Shown here: positions 1 to 10,398 of the stretch, piece by piece
Layout: every line of letters begins with the position of its first letter
How positions within the stretch are numbered: the stretch's first letter is position 1
DNA from: an uncultured Planctomycetales bacterium
GTDB lineage: Bacteria; Omnitrophota; Gorgyraeia; Zapsychrales; JANLHA01
Direction: 5' to 3'
Assembly: GCA_964489065.1 (NCBI GenBank)
Contig: CAZAXH010000001.1
Coordinates: forward strand, 155,460 to 219,459
Length of the DNA: 64,000 nucleotides
Program-made: the position numbers and the translations under genes
The notes under the pieces: model-generated
What the model saw: only the letters and a program-made list of their open reading frames with translations
The model's database searches: none
What the model was told of the DNA's origin: nothing

Positions 1-727
1 GGACATCAACCTGAATGCCGTCGGCCATCAGGGCAGACGATTTCGTGGGGCCATGAGACTGAACGGTTTTCACTGTAGGCAGGGAGACAAAAGCGTCCAT
101 CACCGGCCCGCTGTCCAAAGCCGCGACCAGGATGTCAATATCGCGGACCGCCTCTTTACGGCGCCTGACACTCCCCGCGGCCTCAATCTGTTTGACCTGC
201 GGCAGCCTCTTCAGCTCCTCAACAATATACGAAACCATAACGTCGGCTTCTGCCGGGGTCAAATAGGACTGCGCCTGCCGTATAATCCGGATTCCCGCCA
301 AAATATTCTCGACCGCCTTCGTTTTTATCCCGGGGAGTTCCGCCAAAGCCCCGGACAGGGCGGCTTTCTCCAACCCGTCGATATCTCGGATATTCAGGCG
401 CTCAAAAAACAACTTCGCCTTTCGGGGGCCGACGCTGGGAACCTGCACGACAGCCAGAAGGCTTTCCGGAACCGCTTCGATGAGTCTTTCATAAGCGGAT
501 ACCCGGCCGGAATCCAGATACTCTATGATTTTGTCTTTTAAAGCCGTTCCCACCCCCGGGATTCCGGACAGCCGGTCCTGGTCCCTGAGGATCCGGACAT
601 CTTCAGCCAGTTGGGACAGCCGGTCCGCCGCCTGATGATACGCGCGGACTTTAAAGGTGTTTTCCCCCCGGATTTCAAGGAGCGTGCCCATGCGATTAAA
701 TATCCCGGCCAGTATTTGATTGTTCAT
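1..727 (-). CDS. polX: DNA polymerase X (Pol beta-like) family protein, N-terminal portion; the gene runs off the window start
   Basis: I translated the reverse strand in one frame from ATG 727-725 with no stops: MNNQILAGIFNRMGTLLEIRGENTFKVRAYHQAA...GIPGVG...AGSVRRRKEAVRDIDILVA. These match the PolX N-terminal 8-kDa and finger motifs. The ATG overlaps the TGA of the upstream PilZ gene (ATGA). This ORF is absent from the ORF track. Confidence 0.8.
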   Translation of the reverse strand, partial: MNNQILAGIFNRMGTLLEIRGENTFKVRAYHQAADRLSQLAEDVRILRDQDRLSGIPGVGTALKDKIIEYLDSGRVSAYERLIEAVPESLLAVVQVPSVGPRKAKLFFERLNIRDIDGLEKAALSGALAELPGIKTKAVENILAGIRIIRQAQSYLTPAEADVMVSYIVEELKRLPQVKQIEAAGSVRRRKEAVRDIDILVAALDSGPVMDAFVSLPTVKTVQSHGPTKSSALMADGIQVDV

Positions 728-1089
728 TTCTCAGAAACTTCCTTTAGTTTCTCGGCGTAATATCGGACAAAAACACTCTCATCCTCCGCCACCGGTCCGG
801 TAATTTTAAAACCGATCTTATATTCCTTAAACCCGCCCATCACTTCCATGCCGATCATCTCTTCCACCCGGATGACAATCACGTGAATAACCGGTCTCTT
901 CCCCGTCGGGAGTTCTACCTGCACAGCCAGTTCCTGCCCGATCTCCAACGGCTCTTTTGTCACCAGACAGATGCCTGTCGCGCTGATATCCATCGTGGCC
1001 GCCAGGACTATTTCCTCTTGATTCAGCGGAGAAGGAAAACTCACCGGCAACTCCACCTTTAAACGATGACAACGTCTTTTATCATTCAT
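724..1089 (-). CDS. PilZ domain protein (putative c-di-GMP receptor)
   Basis: RRxxR-like KRRCHR and DISATGI motifs. AGGAGG lies 6 nt upstream of the ATG at 1089. Confidence 0.6.
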   Translation of the reverse strand: MNDKRRCHRLKVELPVSFPSPLNQEEIVLAATMDISATGICLVTKEPLEIGQELAVQVELPTGKRPVIHVIVIRVEEMIGMEVMGGFKEYKIGFKITGPVAEDESVFVRYYAEKLKEVSEK

Positions 1090-1121
1090 TTCCTCCTCCT
1101 TAAATGAACTCACCCTCAAGA

Positions 1122-2756
1122 TTATCCCAACCCGTAGAACCGGGCGAGCGTAACTAAAAAAACCTGCAGAACGATAAAAACCGGCAACAGCAAATACTGC
1201 AATATTCCGAAAAAAACCAGGAGCGCAACTAAAATAAGCCCGAAAGAGCTCAACCGCGCAAAAATTTTATCAAGCCAGTGCCAAGGCAGCAACGCCCTTA
1301 AAACATGCGACCCGTCCAAGGGAGGAACAGGCAGCAGGTTCAGCCCGGCCAAAAACATATTCATCACCATCCCGTATTTGCAGATATTCACGCCATAGGT
1401 CAGCAACAGTTCCCGGCCATGTCCTCCGGCGATAATCGTCCCGGACCCCAGAGAACTAAAGCCGTAAGAGACATACCCCTGGCTTTTAAGATAATACCCA
1501 AGCGCCCCCAAAACACTGCCGAATATGAACGCGATCAGGATATTAACACCCGGGCCAGCCAGTGACACCAGCGCGTCATCCCACCGGGGATTCTTGTAAT
1601 TCCCCGGATTCACCGGAACCGGCTTGGCCCACCCAACCAGGACCTGGGCCCGGCTCAGAAGAAGGGCCAGGGGGAGGAGAACAGAACCGAACCAATCCAT
1701 ATGAACCAACGGGTTAAGCGACAGCCGGCCCAGGGCGCGCGCCGTTGGGTCCCCCCTCTTAAAGGCGACCCAGCCATGCATGTATTCATGAAGGATAACG
1801 GAAAAAATCAAAATTAAAAAAGCGGTGATATGGTAAACCCAGGGCTTGACGCGGTCCTGCGTTTTGGTGATCTTAAGCAGCGTTTCAATGGAGCGGTCAT
1901 ACCCGCCAATTCTGTCCAACGCTGTCAGACTTTTTTTAGCAATGACAAAATGCCGCCGGGCTTCTTCAAAATTTCCCTCCTGCAGATAGACCGCAGCCAA
2001 CATCATATGAAGCCGGCTGTCCAACGGCGCCAAGGCAATCGCCCGGGTCAATAGCTCCTTGGTCTGCTCCAGGTTCCCGGCCATAAGCGCACCGGAAGAC
2101 AAAAAATAATACGGTGTAATGGAATACGGCCTCCGGGACTGCGCTTCCCGGGCCACACGCATCGCCAGATTCAATTTCGTAACTGCCCCTTCCGGAGAGG
2201 GCTCCTTTTCAGCCAAAAACAGATAATACCTGGCCTGCCCGACAAAATTCAGATAAGACTCGGGGCCTTGCTTCGCAAGTTCTTCCAAGTAACGGAAGAT
2301 GGCAGGGTCATCCGGCGTATATTTCAGCTTAAGATTCAAGAGCGCCAGATATATCTCCCCAGGCTCGGGCGCCGACGTTAACGCCGCCTCATAATACGGC
2401 ACGGCGGCATCCGGATCATTTTCTAAATCCGCCATAACGCCCAAGCTGAATAAAATCTTATAATCCCGGGGATTCTCTGCGAGTTCCGCCTTAAGTGCGG
2501 CCTGTATCTTTTCAACAGGCTCTCCGAGGTTGATCGCAGACAGCCATAAGCCGCTGCGGGCCTCAAGATGAGAAGGGGCCTCTTCCAAAACGACCCGGTA
2601 AAAATCATAAGCCGATTCAAAATTCTGATGATTAAACGCCTCAACCGCCTGCTGAAAGAACGGCCGGGTATCGGCGGGCTCTGCCACCGGGCTCATCAAA
2701 CCTAACAGGAATAAAACAAGACCAACCGTCCTTTTGCCTCGAGATGTGGCTCTCAT
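1122..2756 (-). CDS. TPR-repeat protein fused to an M50 site-2-protease domain, with N-terminal signal/TM segment
   Basis: TPR-like repeats in the N-terminal half. C-terminal HEYMHGW (HExxH) and LNLLPVPPLDGSHV (LDG) M50 motifs. AAGGAG precedes the ATG at 2756; the ORF-track start at 2777 is a TTG. Confidence 0.75.
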   Translation of the reverse strand: MRATSRGKRTVGLVLFLLGLMSPVAEPADTRPFFQQAVEAFNHQNFESAYDFYRVVLEEAPSHLEARSGLWLSAINLGEPVEKIQAALKAELAENPRDYKILFSLGVMADLENDPDAAVPYYEAALTSAPEPGEIYLALLNLKLKYTPDDPAIFRYLEELAKQGPESYLNFVGQARYYLFLAEKEPSPEGAVTKLNLAMRVAREAQSRRPYSITPYYFLSSGALMAGNLEQTKELLTRAIALAPLDSRLHMMLAAVYLQEGNFEEARRHFVIAKKSLTALDRIGGYDRSIETLLKITKTQDRVKPWVYHITAFLILIFSVILHEYMHGWVAFKRGDPTARALGRLSLNPLVHMDWFGSVLLPLALLLSRAQVLVGWAKPVPVNPGNYKNPRWDDALVSLAGPGVNILIAFIFGSVLGALGYYLKSQGYVSYGFSSLGSGTIIAGGHGRELLLTYGVNICKYGMVMNMFLAGLNLLPVPPLDGSHVLRALLPWHWLDKIFARLSSFGLILVALLVFFGILQYLLLPVFIVLQVFLVTLARFYGLG

Positions 2757-2780
2757 AAAAAACAACTCCTTTATCAAAAT

Positions 2781-2812
2781 GGCGCCCCACGCCTGCGGGC
2801 GTGGGCGCCATG
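2781..2812 (-). promoter_or_regulatory. Near-perfect 14-bp-arm palindrome (hairpin) directly abutting the RBS of the TPR-M50 gene, followed by AUUUUG on the transcript
   Basis: atggcgccccacgcc tgc gggcgtgggcgccat. It is part of a 207-nt structured leader spanning 2757-2963. Confidence 0.4.
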
Positions 2813-2963
2813 AACAATTCGCTTCGCGGAATGATCAGCCGTCTTGACATCCCCGAAGCAGAAAACCTTGTTAACCTCCGGTATTCATCCACGGGCTCAC
2901 GCCCGTAGGCTTCCGGGGGTCTACTAAAATACGCACAAAGCAGGGCCACCCCGGAAGCCTGCT

Positions 2964-3653
2964 TTATAATTTTTCTCCTCTTAAGACGGCGGGGATCGGC
3001 TGGGTGTCAATCCTGATCCCGCCGTCATGCTCGATTTTCAAAGTATAAAGGATCCCGGGCACGAATTTTGTTCCCGGCGCCTCAATCTGGGCGTTCTTGA
3101 TCCCTTGGGAAATCGCCTTTTTAGAATCCAGGGCGAACGTCCAAAATTCCCGCCAGAGTTTTTGTTCAAGCGCATTCTCCCCTCCCGGAATTTTATATCC
3201 TTCCGGGATTTCGTGAAGAGGGGTGACAATATATTCTTCCGTATTTTTTCCATCCAGCATAAAAACTTTCCAGAAAAGATACGCGCTCTTCCCCTTTAAA
3301 GGGTCGCCCTGTTTAACGTAAATATCATCGAAACGGACAACCAGGGACTGGAATTGAATAATATTGCCGTTAAACGTAAAATACCTGGGTGCCATAGGCT
3401 GCTGAAGGGCATCATATTCCAGAAACTTGAGGGTCGTCATGTGCTTCTGGGTCATGGGATTAAAAACAACCTCTGTCACAAGAACCTCCGCGATCCGGGA
3501 ATCCGCTTCCAGGCGACTGATCATCAACTCCAAAATTTTATTTTTATGTATATACGCCTGATAGATCTGCATCCCTCCCCAGGCCGCCAACGCCAGAACC
3601 CCGCCCAGCAAAACCTGGAAAACAATCCGTCCGGGTTTAATGTTCGAGGACAT
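2964..3653 (-). CDS. hypothetical membrane-anchored protein
   Basis: N-terminal TM segment. AGGAGG RBS. No recognisable domain. Confidence 0.5.
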   Translation of the reverse strand: MSSNIKPGRIVFQVLLGGVLALAAWGGMQIYQAYIHKNKILELMISRLEADSRIAEVLVTEVVFNPMTQKHMTTLKFLEYDALQQPMAPRYFTFNGNIIQFQSLVVRFDDIYVKQGDPLKGKSAYLFWKVFMLDGKNTEEYIVTPLHEIPEGYKIPGGENALEQKLWREFWTFALDSKKAISQGIKNAQIEAPGTKFVPGILYTLKIEHDGGIRIDTQPIPAVLRGEKL

Positions 3654-3871
3654 ACAGAACCTCCTTACTTATCATAAAAACATTCCGGATAATACTCACT
3701 CAGGTCAATTTTTGAAAGCTTGCTGATCAACTGCAGTGTCGCGGATCAAAGGAAGACTGGCCATAGAAGCAAAATACACAGCCGGAACAGGACAGATTAA
3801 CCGAACCAACGGCATGACAACGGATGTCCCTGGATTTTCATCATCAAAACCAGCCGAGCCGTCTCCGTTAC

Positions 3872-4246
3872 TTATGATACAGGTGCCTCCTCTGAAAAAA
3901 CAGTCCTGGCCGTAGAGAGCGCATTCAGGGCCTTCGGGAACCCGGCATAAACCGCCATCTGCAAAATCACCTCCACGATTTCTTCGCGGGAACACCCCAC
4001 CTTTAACGCATTATGGATATGATTCTCCAACTGCTGGGCAATCCCCTGAGAAGTCAACGAGGCAATCGTCAGGAGTTCCCGGGTCTTCAAATCCAGTCCG
4101 GGACGGGAATAAATTTCCCCAAACGGGAATTCAATGACCCATCGGGCCATTTCCGGAGAAATATCCTCCAACATTTTCATAATCCGCTCTGCTGAAGACG
4201 GATCGATCTGCCGCAGGGTTTCCAACCCTTTTTGAAATGAATCCAT
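3872..4246 (-). CDS. carboxymuconolactone decarboxylase (AhpD-like) family protein
   Basis: CMD-family pattern [22 protein letters not shown]. Typical length of about 124 aa. Confidence 0.7.
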   Translation of the reverse strand: MDSFQKGLETLRQIDPSSAERIMKMLEDISPEMARWVIEFPFGEIYSRPGLDLKTRELLTIASLTSQGIAQQLENHIHNALKVGCSREEIVEVILQMAVYAGFPKALNALSTARTVFSEEAPVS

Positions 4247-4257
4247 AGCACCCCCCT

Positions 4258-6585
4258 TTATTTGATTTTCAGGAATCCTTGCATTTCAATAAGTTTAGCC
4301 CCGACATTCACCTTGGCCGAAAACGTAAGGATCTGCGCGACGGCCTGAATGAGCGGCTTAATGAAGCCCTGCGCCACATCTTCCCTCTGTTCCGCCGTCA
4401 ATATTTTCCGGGAATCCATCTCGGTGAGCAAGGCTTCCAACTCGGTCTGGGTTTCTATCCCGGTTTTGATATCAGCCTGCAGCCGTTCAATCTCCGCTGT
4501 TTTTTCCGCAACGGTCTGGTCTATTTTGGCTTTCTTCTTATCCACAGAGGTAAGATCCTCCCGCTGGTTCACGAACGCCTGCTTTTCTTCTTTCAAGGAA
4601 TCCATCTTCGTCTGTTTCTTTTTAATGCTGTCCTGAATAAACTTCAAACGGGCCAACCCTTCCGGCGGCAGTTGAAAATTTTCGTCTTCCTGAACCGCCT
4701 TAAGTTGACGCTCTTCCTCAAGATCAGGCTCGAGGGTTTTTTCCAAATTTTCCAAAAATTTATCTATCCGGTCAATCTCCTTATTGACCTTCTCCACTTC
4801 TTCAGGGCGCTCCACAATCGCTTCTTTCTGTTCCTTCAGGGTTACGATCTCCATTTCCAGACTGGTCACCCGATCCTTGTCGGAAACAATCTCCGAGATC
4901 ACATCCTCCATCCTTTTCTCTGTTCCATCACGAAAAGCTTTCTGTTTGGCAATCTGCTGATCCGCCCACCCCAGGCTCCATTCCAGCAAAGCATCAGCCT
5001 TCTGGGCAATCTTCTCCACGTTGAAAAAAACCACCGCATTGTTCTTCCCGGACAGGCCTAAATCCGGCTGTTGAAAATCCGGCTGCTGCAGGATCGAAGG
5101 CTTTTCACCTGCCTGTGTCTCCAGGGCCTGCTTGATCAAATCCCGGCTGGTCGCTACAATCAAATATTCATTCACAAAAGAATAAGACGGCTCCAAATTC
5201 CCCACCATGGGGATCTTAAAGTAATTGATGTCTTCTCCCCGAACCATTTCGGTTTCCGCCCGGACAAAAGGTTGTTGGGCAATCAGGCCTTGAATCATAG
5301 TTTTAACTTTTTCCTTGTCCGCGGTCTTAATATAAAAAGCCCCTTGCGGAACAGGGACAAGCTGGTCGATCGAAACATCCGTCCAAAACCCTCCCAACTC
5401 CCGGCCCAAAGCAGGAATAACATCATTTTTAATACTAATCCCAAGCCCCTCTTCCAACCCGGAAAGCAACTCCTGTGGATCGGCCTGAACGCCTTTTGCC
5501 AGCAAGGCATCCCCCATTTTCTCAGGGGCCTGCTGCCAATAATAATCCAAGTTATAACAAGGACTCCACTGATACGCCAGCACGTCTTGCGGGATGAACT
5601 GAAGTGTCGCGTTCTCTTGAGGTTCACACTCATACAACGGCCTGACATCCGGATCAAGCGACTGCCGGTCGTAATGGATATCAAACTTCAACCGTGTTTG
5701 AGGACCGGACAGGGCAGAAAAACTCATCAGCTGAAATCCCTTGGCCTGCCTGAAGCTCTCCTCCACCTGCTTTTGAAGCAAGTCACTGTTTTCCTCGTTA
5801 GCGGCGAGCCAGTTGGTGAGTTGATCCTTAAGGTCCCCTACAAGTCCGGCGAAATTCATATACCCCAAGAAATCCGCCTCCGCCTCAGAATGTGAACTCA
5901 CCAGGAGATAATCCGTGTCCTCTTTCAGCGCCACACCCTGCTGTTTATAAATATCAATACAGCGGCGGGCCGCCTGATCATTAATACCCACCACCAGAAG
6001 GTCCCTAATCCGTGTATACCCGATTTTAAAAGGCGCGCCCTTCACCGAAATCAAATAAATCTTGTTTTTCTCATAATTGACTTCTTCCACGCTAATATTC
6101 GGATCTATCCGTCCCAGCAGACCGGAGAATTTTTCCGCGAACTTCAGTTCCGGTTTAAGCCGGGTGACCACAAAGGTCTGAGAAGCGACATTCATGGCAT
6201 TTTGGGGCTCAAGGCTGTTTTCCGCCCCCGGATAAATAACCAGGACGACTTCTTTCCCTAAAAACGTTTTGACAAAAACTTTCATTTCTTCTGAGAACAG
6301 CTGTTTTTTAAGGGTGCTATAACGTTCTATGGACTTTTCATCCACACCCGTTTCTTTCAGGTATTTTATATAATCAATCCCTTTTAAAATCTGCCAAAAC
6401 CGGGTTTGCGAAAACCCATCCAGATTCTGTTCGATATTTTTCATGCGGACATAAATAAGCGGCTGCGCAGGCAGAATCGACTCCACGGCCAAGGGAGGAC
6501 GTGTTTTTTGCCAAAACATAAATATCCCACCGGCCAGCAGGGCAATAACGACAAGGATTAAAACCACAAACAAAACTTTTTTCAT
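4258..6585 (-). CDS. hypothetical membrane-anchored protein (775 aa) with a long C-terminal coiled-coil region
   Basis: N-terminal TM. C-terminal 250 aa rich in E/K/Q heptad-like sequence. AAGGAAGGGAG RBS. Confidence 0.5.
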   Translation of the reverse strand: MKKVLFVVLILVVIALLAGGIFMFWQKTRPPLAVESILPAQPLIYVRMKNIEQNLDGFSQTRFWQILKGIDYIKYLKETGVDEKSIERYSTLKKQLFSEEMKVFVKTFLGKEVVLVIYPGAENSLEPQNAMNVASQTFVVTRLKPELKFAEKFSGLLGRIDPNISVEEVNYEKNKIYLISVKGAPFKIGYTRIRDLLVVGINDQAARRCIDIYKQQGVALKEDTDYLLVSSHSEAEADFLGYMNFAGLVGDLKDQLTNWLAANEENSDLLQKQVEESFRQAKGFQLMSFSALSGPQTRLKFDIHYDRQSLDPDVRPLYECEPQENATLQFIPQDVLAYQWSPCYNLDYYWQQAPEKMGDALLAKGVQADPQELLSGLEEGLGISIKNDVIPALGRELGGFWTDVSIDQLVPVPQGAFYIKTADKEKVKTMIQGLIAQQPFVRAETEMVRGEDINYFKIPMVGNLEPSYSFVNEYLIVATSRDLIKQALETQAGEKPSILQQPDFQQPDLGLSGKNNAVVFFNVEKIAQKADALLEWSLGWADQQIAKQKAFRDGTEKRMEDVISEIVSDKDRVTSLEMEIVTLKEQKEAIVERPEEVEKVNKEIDRIDKFLENLEKTLEPDLEEERQLKAVQEDENFQLPPEGLARLKFIQDSIKKKQTKMDSLKEEKQAFVNQREDLTSVDKKKAKIDQTVAEKTAEIERLQADIKTGIETQTELEALLTEMDSRKILTAEQREDVAQGFIKPLIQAVAQILTFSAKVNVGAKLIEMQGFLKIK

Positions 6586-6682
6586 GACTTTCTAACTCCC
6601 TTCCTTAAACAAGAATCCCTCAAATTCATCACCAAACCCTAAATAATTATACATAAAAAATTTATAAATAAAAGACTGATTA

Positions 6683-7450
6683 TTATAAGGCAAAAAACCG
6701 GCGGGCGTTTTGGTTTAAAATCTCCGCGGCCGCTTCTTTCGGTAAATTTCTTAGCCGGCAAACCCATTCCAGGGTTATCAGGACATCTTTGGGGGAAGCG
6801 ATAAAACCAGGGCCGTCATCCCCCCCGTTACGGTAAAATACCGGGCTGTCTGTTTCAATAAGCAGCCGGTCTAAAGGAGTAGCCCGGACAACGGCTTGTG
6901 ACGGCTGACTATAAGAAAGGCTCGGTGAGCATGACACGTAATACCCTTGCGCGAGGATCAGGTTCAACACATCTAAAGGCCCGCTGTACCAATGAAAAAC
7001 CGCTTTCTGAATACCCTCGTCCCGGGCCATATCCAGGCTCTCCTGCCAGGCGCCTCGGGAATGAATGACAGCCGGCAGGTCCCTCTCTTTTGCCGCCTGC
7101 AGCATCCGGAGGAAAACCGCCTTTTGTTTTTCTTTAAGGGCGGGCTCTTTCTTCACCCATGGATACCAAAAATCCAGGCCGATTTCTCCGATCGCCACCG
7201 CCTCCTTGATATGCTCCTGAATAAACTCCAAGCACGGCCCCGGGTCCTGGCGGTGCACGCGGTCAGGATGAAAGCCAAAGCCAGGGTAAATCCTGGGACG
7301 GGAAACAGATTGGCTTATATGTAAATTCTTCTGGTTAGAGACAAGGTCTTCCCCCACCGCAATAACGGCCGTGACCCCGGCCCGTACGGCGGCCGCTAAA
7401 ACCTCGGGGAGATTTTCGACATGATCCAAATGCGCGTGGGTATCAATCAT
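6683..7450 (-). CDS. tatD: TatD-family metal-dependent hydrolase
   Basis: [10 protein letters not shown] start and GEIGLD motifs. ATG at 7450 lies 3 nt from the dtd stop. Confidence 0.85.
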   Translation of the reverse strand: MIDTHAHLDHVENLPEVLAAAVRAGVTAVIAVGEDLVSNQKNLHISQSVSRPRIYPGFGFHPDRVHRQDPGPCLEFIQEHIKEAVAIGEIGLDFWYPWVKKEPALKEKQKAVFLRMLQAAKERDLPAVIHSRGAWQESLDMARDEGIQKAVFHWYSGPLDVLNLILAQGYYVSCSPSLSYSQPSQAVVRATPLDRLLIETDSPVFYRNGGDDGPGFIASPKDVLITLEWVCRLRNLPKEAAAEILNQNARRFFAL

Positions 7451-7925
7451 CTTGAACGGTTTGCTCCCTCCCTCCGCCGAGCCCTTCCCGGCTGTCGAGG
7501 ATAAAAGTAACCGGACCGTCATTCAACAGCGTGACGTCCATCATGGCCCGGAACCGGCCGCATTCAACTTTAAAACCCTGGGCCCGCAACTGTTCCACAA
7601 AACGGTTATAAAAAATTTCTCCCTGAGCCGGATCCGCCGCCTTGTCAAACGACGGGCGGCGTCCTTTCCCGCAGTCGCCCAGCAACGTGAACTGGGACAC
7701 CACCAGGAATTCCCCGGAGACGTCCCCGGCAGACAGGTTCATCTTGCCGGAGGTGTCCTCAAACATCCTTAAATGCGAGACCTTCCGGACCAAATACAAA
7801 ATATCCCCCTCCGCGTCCCCCCTGGCCACGCCTAAAAATATCAGCGCACCCTTGCCGATCGACCCCACGCGTTGGCCTTCGACGTCCACACGGGCATATT
7901 TCACTCTCTGTATGACAATTTTCAT
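7443..7925 (-). CDS. dtd: D-aminoacyl-tRNA deacylase
   Basis: SQFTL and NDGPVT motifs. Length is typical. Confidence 0.9.
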   Translation of the reverse strand: MKIVIQRVKYARVDVEGQRVGSIGKGALIFLGVARGDAEGDILYLVRKVSHLRMFEDTSGKMNLSAGDVSGEFLVVSQFTLLGDCGKGRRPSFDKAADPAQGEIFYNRFVEQLRAQGFKVECGRFRAMMDVTLLNDGPVTFILDSREGLGGGREQTVQDD

Positions 7926-8133
7926 AATATTGATATTAAATAATTTTATTGATTATAGTAACCCCTGCCGGACTGGTCAACTGAATAATGCGATGAACCC
8001 GCGGGGGAAATAATCAAATTTCTTCCCTATTTACTAACAAAAAAAATTATGACAAAATAAGCTGTAAAAAACAGCTGTGCGCCGATGAATGGGATCCTTA
8101 TACCGGGTCCGAAGAAGGACGCGGGCCATTGTT

Positions 8134-10296
8134 ATGACTATCGAAAAAATTTTTTCCAAATACAAATTTCCGGAAGAATTAAAAAACATCTTTATTCATA
8201 CGGGAATCCACGCGCTGTATCCTCCGCAGGCCCAGGCCATCGAGGCCGGCGCCCTGGACGGCCGGAATATCCTGCTGTCTGTCCCGACCGCGGCCGGGAA
8301 AACTTTGGTGGCGGAACTCTGCATGCTGCGCTCGCTCTTATCGGCCCCGGGGCGCTGCCTTTATATCGTGCCTTTAAAAGCCCTGGCCAATGAGAAATAC
8401 GAGGACCTGAAAAAAAAGTATTCTTCCGTGGGGATCAAGGTCGGCGTGGCCACCGGAGACACCGACATCCCTAACGACATCTTAAGCGGATACCACATCC
8501 TTATCGCCACAGCCGAAAAAATTGATGCCCTTCTGCGGGCCCGCACACAATGGCTCCTCAACCGTCTTAATGTCGTGGTCCTGGATGAGATCCATTTTCT
8601 GAACGACCAGGAACGCGGCCCGACGTTGGAAATCCTGACGGCCCGCATCAAACAACTGAATCCCAAGGTGCAGTTCCTCGCTTTGAGCGCGACGATCAGC
8701 AACGCTCCGGACATCGCGGCGTGGCTCGGCGCCCAGCTCGTCGAGAGCCACTGGCGGCCCATCCCGTTGCGGGAAGGCATTTATTGGAACGAAAAAATTC
8801 TCTTTAACCGCGGGCCCAGCCGCCTTATCCAGGGGACGGGGCCCGACCTGAACAAACTCGCGGACGATACCCTGCGCGGAAAAGGGCAAATGCTCGTGTT
8901 CACCAACTCCCGCCGTTCTTCGGAAGCCGCCAGCCGGCTGTTATGTTCAACGGCCGGAGTATTCCTGTCGGAAAATGAGCGCCGGACGCTGACCCGGCTG
9001 GCGGAAATCCTGCGCGGCCCCGAAAGCAGCATGACGCGGATATGCCGCAGGCTCGGCGATACGGTTGAGCACGGAGTGGCGTTCCACCACGCCGGGCTCA
9101 AACCCGAGCAGCGGAAACTGATCGAAGAAAATTTTAAAAACGGCCTGTTAAAAATCATCTGCTCTACCCCCACGCTGGCGGCCGGCGTCAATCTGCCAGC
9201 CCGGCGGGCAGTCATCCGGGACGTCAAACGGTTCGAAGGCGGCCTAGGGGCGAGCTTCATCCCGGTCTCCGAATACAAGCAATGCGCCGGCCGGGCCGGC
9301 CGGCCGCAGTATGACGAATTCGGGGAATCGGTCCTCATCGCCAAAACGTCGGGAGAGGCCAAGGCCCTGATGGATCGGTATATCAACGCCCGCCCGGAAC
9401 CCGTCATCAGCCGGCTCGGGTCAGACAGCGCCCTGCGGACCCATATCCTCGCCTCCATCGCCGGAGATTATGTCCACGATATCAATGACACTTTTGATTT
9501 CATCTCCCACACGTTCCTGGCCCATCAAAAACGGCCCCTCAATCTGATTGAAATGATCGGCCATGTTTTTGATTTCCTTCAGGAAGAAGATTTCATCGAA
9601 AAGCAGGGGTTCCGATTTTTCGCGACGCCGTTCGGCCAATACACCAACCGGCTTTACATTGACCCGGCTTCCAGCATCATCCTCCGGGACGGCCTGCATA
9701 AAATCGCCAAAGGCAAATCGTTTTCCAATATAGGGCTGCTGCACCTCACCTGCTGCTGCCCCGATAGCCCGCTTTTAAGAAACTGGAAAAGCCAGTGGGA
9801 AGAAATCGAGGCCTTTGCCTACAACTGCCAGGACGAAATTATCCTCCAAGAAGAGGATTTCCCCATGCTGACCGATATGGGCCTCCATATGGCCATCATG
9901 AAAACGACAATGATGCTCTGCCGCTGGATCGACGAAGAAAGGGAAGAAAAAATCTGCGATGATTTCAATATCGGCCCGGGAGACATCTACCGGCACCTCG
10001 AGGCCGTCCAATGGTTGCTTTACGCGGCCACCACCTTTGCGGAACTTTTTCAGTACAAAAAACTCACATTTCTGTTATCCAATTTAAGAAGCCGCGTCAA
10101 ATACGGGATTAAAGAGGAGCTGATCTCCCTGTCCCATCTCAAGGGAATCGGCCGGGTCCGCGCCCGCCTCCTTTATGAAAACGGCTACAAACACGCCACT
10201 GACCTGAAATCCGCCTCGGTCGAAGATTTGGCCAGAATTGACAAAATCAACCTCCCCCTGGCCCGGGATATCATCAATCAAGTCAGCCGTCCCTGA
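8134..10296 (+). CDS. Hel308/Ski2-like superfamily-2 DNA helicase with C-terminal helix-hairpin-helix domain
   Basis: Walker A AAGKT, DEIH box, STPTLAAGVNLPA motif VI region, and C-terminal HLKGIGRVRARLLYENGY HhH. The ATG at 8134 is preferred over the ORF-track start at 8089. Confidence 0.8.
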   Translation: MTIEKIFSKYKFPEELKNIFIHTGIHALYPPQAQAIEAGALDGRNILLSVPTAAGKTLVAELCMLRSLLSAPGRCLYIVPLKALANEKYEDLKKKYSSVGIKVGVATGDTDIPNDILSGYHILIATAEKIDALLRARTQWLLNRLNVVVLDEIHFLNDQERGPTLEILTARIKQLNPKVQFLALSATISNAPDIAAWLGAQLVESHWRPIPLREGIYWNEKILFNRGPSRLIQGTGPDLNKLADDTLRGKGQMLVFTNSRRSSEAASRLLCSTAGVFLSENERRTLTRLAEILRGPESSMTRICRRLGDTVEHGVAFHHAGLKPEQRKLIEENFKNGLLKIICSTPTLAAGVNLPARRAVIRDVKRFEGGLGASFIPVSEYKQCAGRAGRPQYDEFGESVLIAKTSGEAKALMDRYINARPEPVISRLGSDSALRTHILASIAGDYVHDINDTFDFISHTFLAHQKRPLNLIEMIGHVFDFLQEEDFIEKQGFRFFATPFGQYTNRLYIDPASSIILRDGLHKIAKGKSFSNIGLLHLTCCCPDSPLLRNWKSQWEEIEAFAYNCQDEIILQEEDFPMLTDMGLHMAIMKTTMMLCRWIDEEREEKICDDFNIGPGDIYRHLEAVQWLLYAATTFAELFQYKKLTFLLSNLRSRVKYGIKEELISLSHLKGIGRVRARLLYENGYKHATDLKSASVEDLARIDKINLPLARDIINQVSRP

Positions 10297-10398
10297 CTCC
10301 GGACAGCTATCCGGCCCAAGCATTGCGATATTTATCGTTGATCCCCGGGACAGAGCACGATAGAATTGATACAACATATTTTTTAAAAATTCTTTAAA

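Noticed and set aside
53-541. 162-aa plus-strand ORF at the window start
   Set aside because: It lies antisense to a continuous, stop-free PolX reading frame with strong family motifs, and its own sequence has no recognisable features.
2641-2949. 102-aa ORF spanning the structured leader upstream of the TPR-M50 gene
   Set aside because: It overlaps the RBS and start of the protease gene and the hairpin-rich region. It has no RBS of its own and is GC-rich-frame noise.
3705-3995. 96-aa minus-strand ORF overlapping the CMD-family gene
   Set aside because: It overlaps the well-supported CMD gene in another frame, and its start lies inside that gene. The 3654-3871 gap is more likely non-coding.
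4279-5895. Two plus-strand ORFs (260 and 274 aa)
   Set aside because: They are antisense to the 775-aa coiled-coil protein gene and have Leu/Phe-rich low-complexity sequence from reading AAG/GAA-rich codons backwards.
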